Source: Mayamaea pseudoterrestris
Lineage: Eukaryota
Direction: 5' to 3'
DNA: 64,000 nt
NCBI GenBank assembly: GCA_027923505.1
Contig: BROI01000013.1
Location: 806,001 to 870,000, forward strand
Shown here: positions 61,508-64,000 of the stretch, in pieces
How positions within the stretch are numbered: position 1 is the stretch's first letter
Layout of the letters: each line of letters starts with the position of its first letter
Made by a program: the position numbers and the translations under genes
Notes under the pieces: generated by a model
Databases searched by the model: none
What the model was told of the DNA's origin: nothing
The model's input: only the letters and a program-made list of their open reading frames with translations

Positions 61508-64000
61508 ATGTCATTCCCGTCCCCACATTCGACCGCACTGGACGCAACAGTAGCAACCGAACCAACAGGGTTGCGTAGCTCAGCGGGGAGCAATCGAATT
61601 ATCAACATGTTTCGACGGACAGCTCCTCCGCGACGTCAAGCATCCAATAACACTGCGGTCAGCAACTCTGCAACAGTGAGGACTACGCGAGAAGGCGACT
61701 ATCAGCCGGGCCCAGAAACGTCCAGTGCTTTGGCTCGACGGAACATGTGCGCCTTGTTTTGGTACTATTCCATCTATCCAGGGGATGATCGCAAAACGTT
61801 CTTGCAACATGTTTTAGACAATTGCATATGGAGGACACTGCTTATCGTATTGACGTTTATATTACTCTTTGGTGCACAGATTCGCGATATTGCCATACCT
61901 CCTGACGGTGATGCAGCTTGCGACGGAATCTTCATGACCACATTTGTTTTATTGGTTATTGACATGCTTATGCGCATCGACTGTGAGCCTACCTACTTTG
62001 TGTGTCGCTGTGGAGACAATGGGCACGATGGTGCAGAACGAACTTGGTTTAACAGCATACAAGTCGGTAGTTTTCTCTTTTGGTGCGATATACTTTCGAC
62101 AATGACGCTTCTTACGGAAATATCTTTCATTAACAAAAGCGGCTTTGCGGCGGCATCGATTACTATTTACTTGGACCAATTCGGAATTCCGGTGAGTACG
62201 ACCTGTATATCAACGCTTGTCGAGCGCAACATAGTCATGTGCACTGATTCTTTGATGCGCAATGTCGACAGTCGGATGGTCTCGACGAAGTAAATCAAGC
62301 AGTGCCGGTGGAAGCAGATCTTGTTCTCCTAGTTGCCATTTGCAAGACGGCTCGGGTCGCGCGGTTTATTCGGTCCAATACGGCTCTCACAATTTCCAGC
62401 AAGGTTAATTGGTTCGCCTTGGTCAATCTCCTCAACCCATGTTGGTATTTGAGGGCCGTGATCCGGGCAATGGTGCTTGTCTGTGACTCCTGCGTCTCGT
62501 CGCGACGCAAAAATCGCAATGACCGACAGTCATCGGCGATGGACGATTTTTCGTCCAACGGTCTGGGAAAAGAGGACGAATCCCGCTTTCGACGCTCATC
62601 TTGGGGTGCGCTGGGGCTTGGAGCTCTGGCTGCCATACGCGAAAAGAATAGCACACTGGCAGATGTCCAGGTTGGTGTTAAATCTTGGCCGATCAGGGCG
62701 ATGCGATTTATTGGATTGGCTCCTGCCAGTGATGAACAGTGGAGGCGCCATGTGGCTGCGACTAAAATTCAGCGTCTATGGCGACGGTACAAAGGAATGG
62801 ATCCTGACTACCTTCTCGAGAGTGGCACAGGCTGGAAGCCTCTTGGTCGCGCGTCAAAGACAACGGATCAGGCATTACAGAAGAAATCGTCCATAATGCA
62901 CTTCTCTATCTCACGCGCTTTACCTGGTAGACGAGGCACTACCACAGCATCAGCTGCTGCAACGAAACCCTTAAATAGAAGTGGACGAAAGACTGTCAAC
63001 CGGGAGTCCCAGGTTGGTACGGCTATGCGCGAGCTGACTGGACAGAGAGTCGCCATTGGCATCATTATTGGTTTGCTTTTGACTGTGCTGTTTACCTACA
63101 CGGAGGTTGATGCGACACGCCCAGCAACAATGATCGTTCTGCATAATCAGACGTCTTATCCTGCGTTTGCCAACCGCTCGCTCGAGGCGGCTATGAGCAG
63201 CTCCATTCCAGATCTTTACACGTACGTATTGGCCAACGGTCAGATCAAGAATTTTTCTATTTCCGAAATGCAGGCTGGAGAACGAGCCTTGCGCCCAAGA
63301 GAAACTTTAATTGTGACTATTCAAGGATATGACGGAAGCGCGACGACTGGCAAATTTGCGTTAAAGGACGAGCGACAGGAAGAAGCCCTTGTCGCGCTAC
63401 TATCAACCATTTTTATTCTTGTCGTTTGGTTTTTCGGGGTAACGGCGTTTGCAGGCCCAGTCATGGTACTCGTCGTCATTCCCATAGAGCGCATGGTTCG
63501 ACTCCTTGGGATGCTGATGGTGGATCCGCTTGGTTATGAAAATTCGCCGCGTTATAAGAACTTTATGAAAGAGGAGGATCAAATAACAAAAAACACTCGT
63601 TGGACTAAAGAAGTTTTGAAAGGAATGGAAACGTCGTTCCTTATGTCAACGATTCTGCGCATCGGATCACTCATGAAGGTCGGCTTTGGTAGCGCCGGCG
63701 TCGAAATTATTCGGAACAATCTTGAGAAGGGACAAAACAAGAACAATCTGGCCTTGAATTCGCAGGGTTCAAGTGTTTCTTGTATTTTCCTCTTTTGTGA
63801 TATTCGTCAGTTCACTGACGCGACTGTTCTTGCACGAAGAGGTTTTCGTTTTTACAAATAGAATGCCGCCGTAGTGCATTCAATCGTCACTGCATATGGT
63901 GGTTCTGCGAATAAAAATATTGGCGACGCATTTCTTTTGGCTGGCGACTGGACAAGCTGACCAGGACAACACTTTTGGCGGCGACGAGGAGACATACACA
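61508..64000 (+). CDS. Membrane class III adenylate cyclase with ion-channel-like TM region; intron 62192-62271; continues beyond the window
   Basis: Multiple TM helices, KTARVARFIR basic helix, ESQVGTAMRELT, LVVIPIERM, VGFGSAGVEII and catalytic FCDIRQFT...ANKNIGDAFLL. Apparent indels after about 63825. Confidence 0.85.

Noticed and set aside
63820..64000. Adenylate cyclase pseudogenisation
   Set aside because: Catalytic motifs continue in shifted frames and similar 1-bp indels occur throughout the window, so assembly error is more likely.

Overview
Eukaryotic window, most likely diatom or other stramenopile (short GT-AG introns, CoDi-like Copia elements). The left part (1-18.8 kb) is gene-dense: a >2,950-codon open minus-strand ORF that the ORF track misses because it runs off the edge, an MFSD5/MOT2-type transporter, a mitochondrial carrier, a fucosyltransferase-like protein, a trypsin and a small coiled-coil protein. 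The centre (18.9-58 kb) is a repeat island. In order: Copia family A (+); a degraded copy of Copia family B (-); three different tandem satellites with nucleosome-sized units (~174, ~177 and 169 bp, the last ~85 copies over 14.4 kb); an essentially intact chromodomain-bearing Copia B with apparently identical LTRs; and the 5' fragment of a third Copia (C) into which B is inserted. The right part holds a GT14 glycosyltransferase, a Nup35/Nup53-like RRM protein and an ion-channel-like membrane adenylate cyclase. The best leads are: (i) Copia A has no tRNA primer-binding site but has a 15-nt perfect complement to its own LTR, suggesting Tf1-like self-priming in a Copia; (ii) a centromere/heterochromatin-like satellite block bracketed by chromodomain Copia copies, with a conserved motif between the unrelated arrays; (iii) a gag-TAG-protease junction followed by a strong stem-loop, a candidate readthrough signal. 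Frequent 1-bp indels suggest an imperfectly polished long-read assembly, so frameshifts and junctions need read-level checks.
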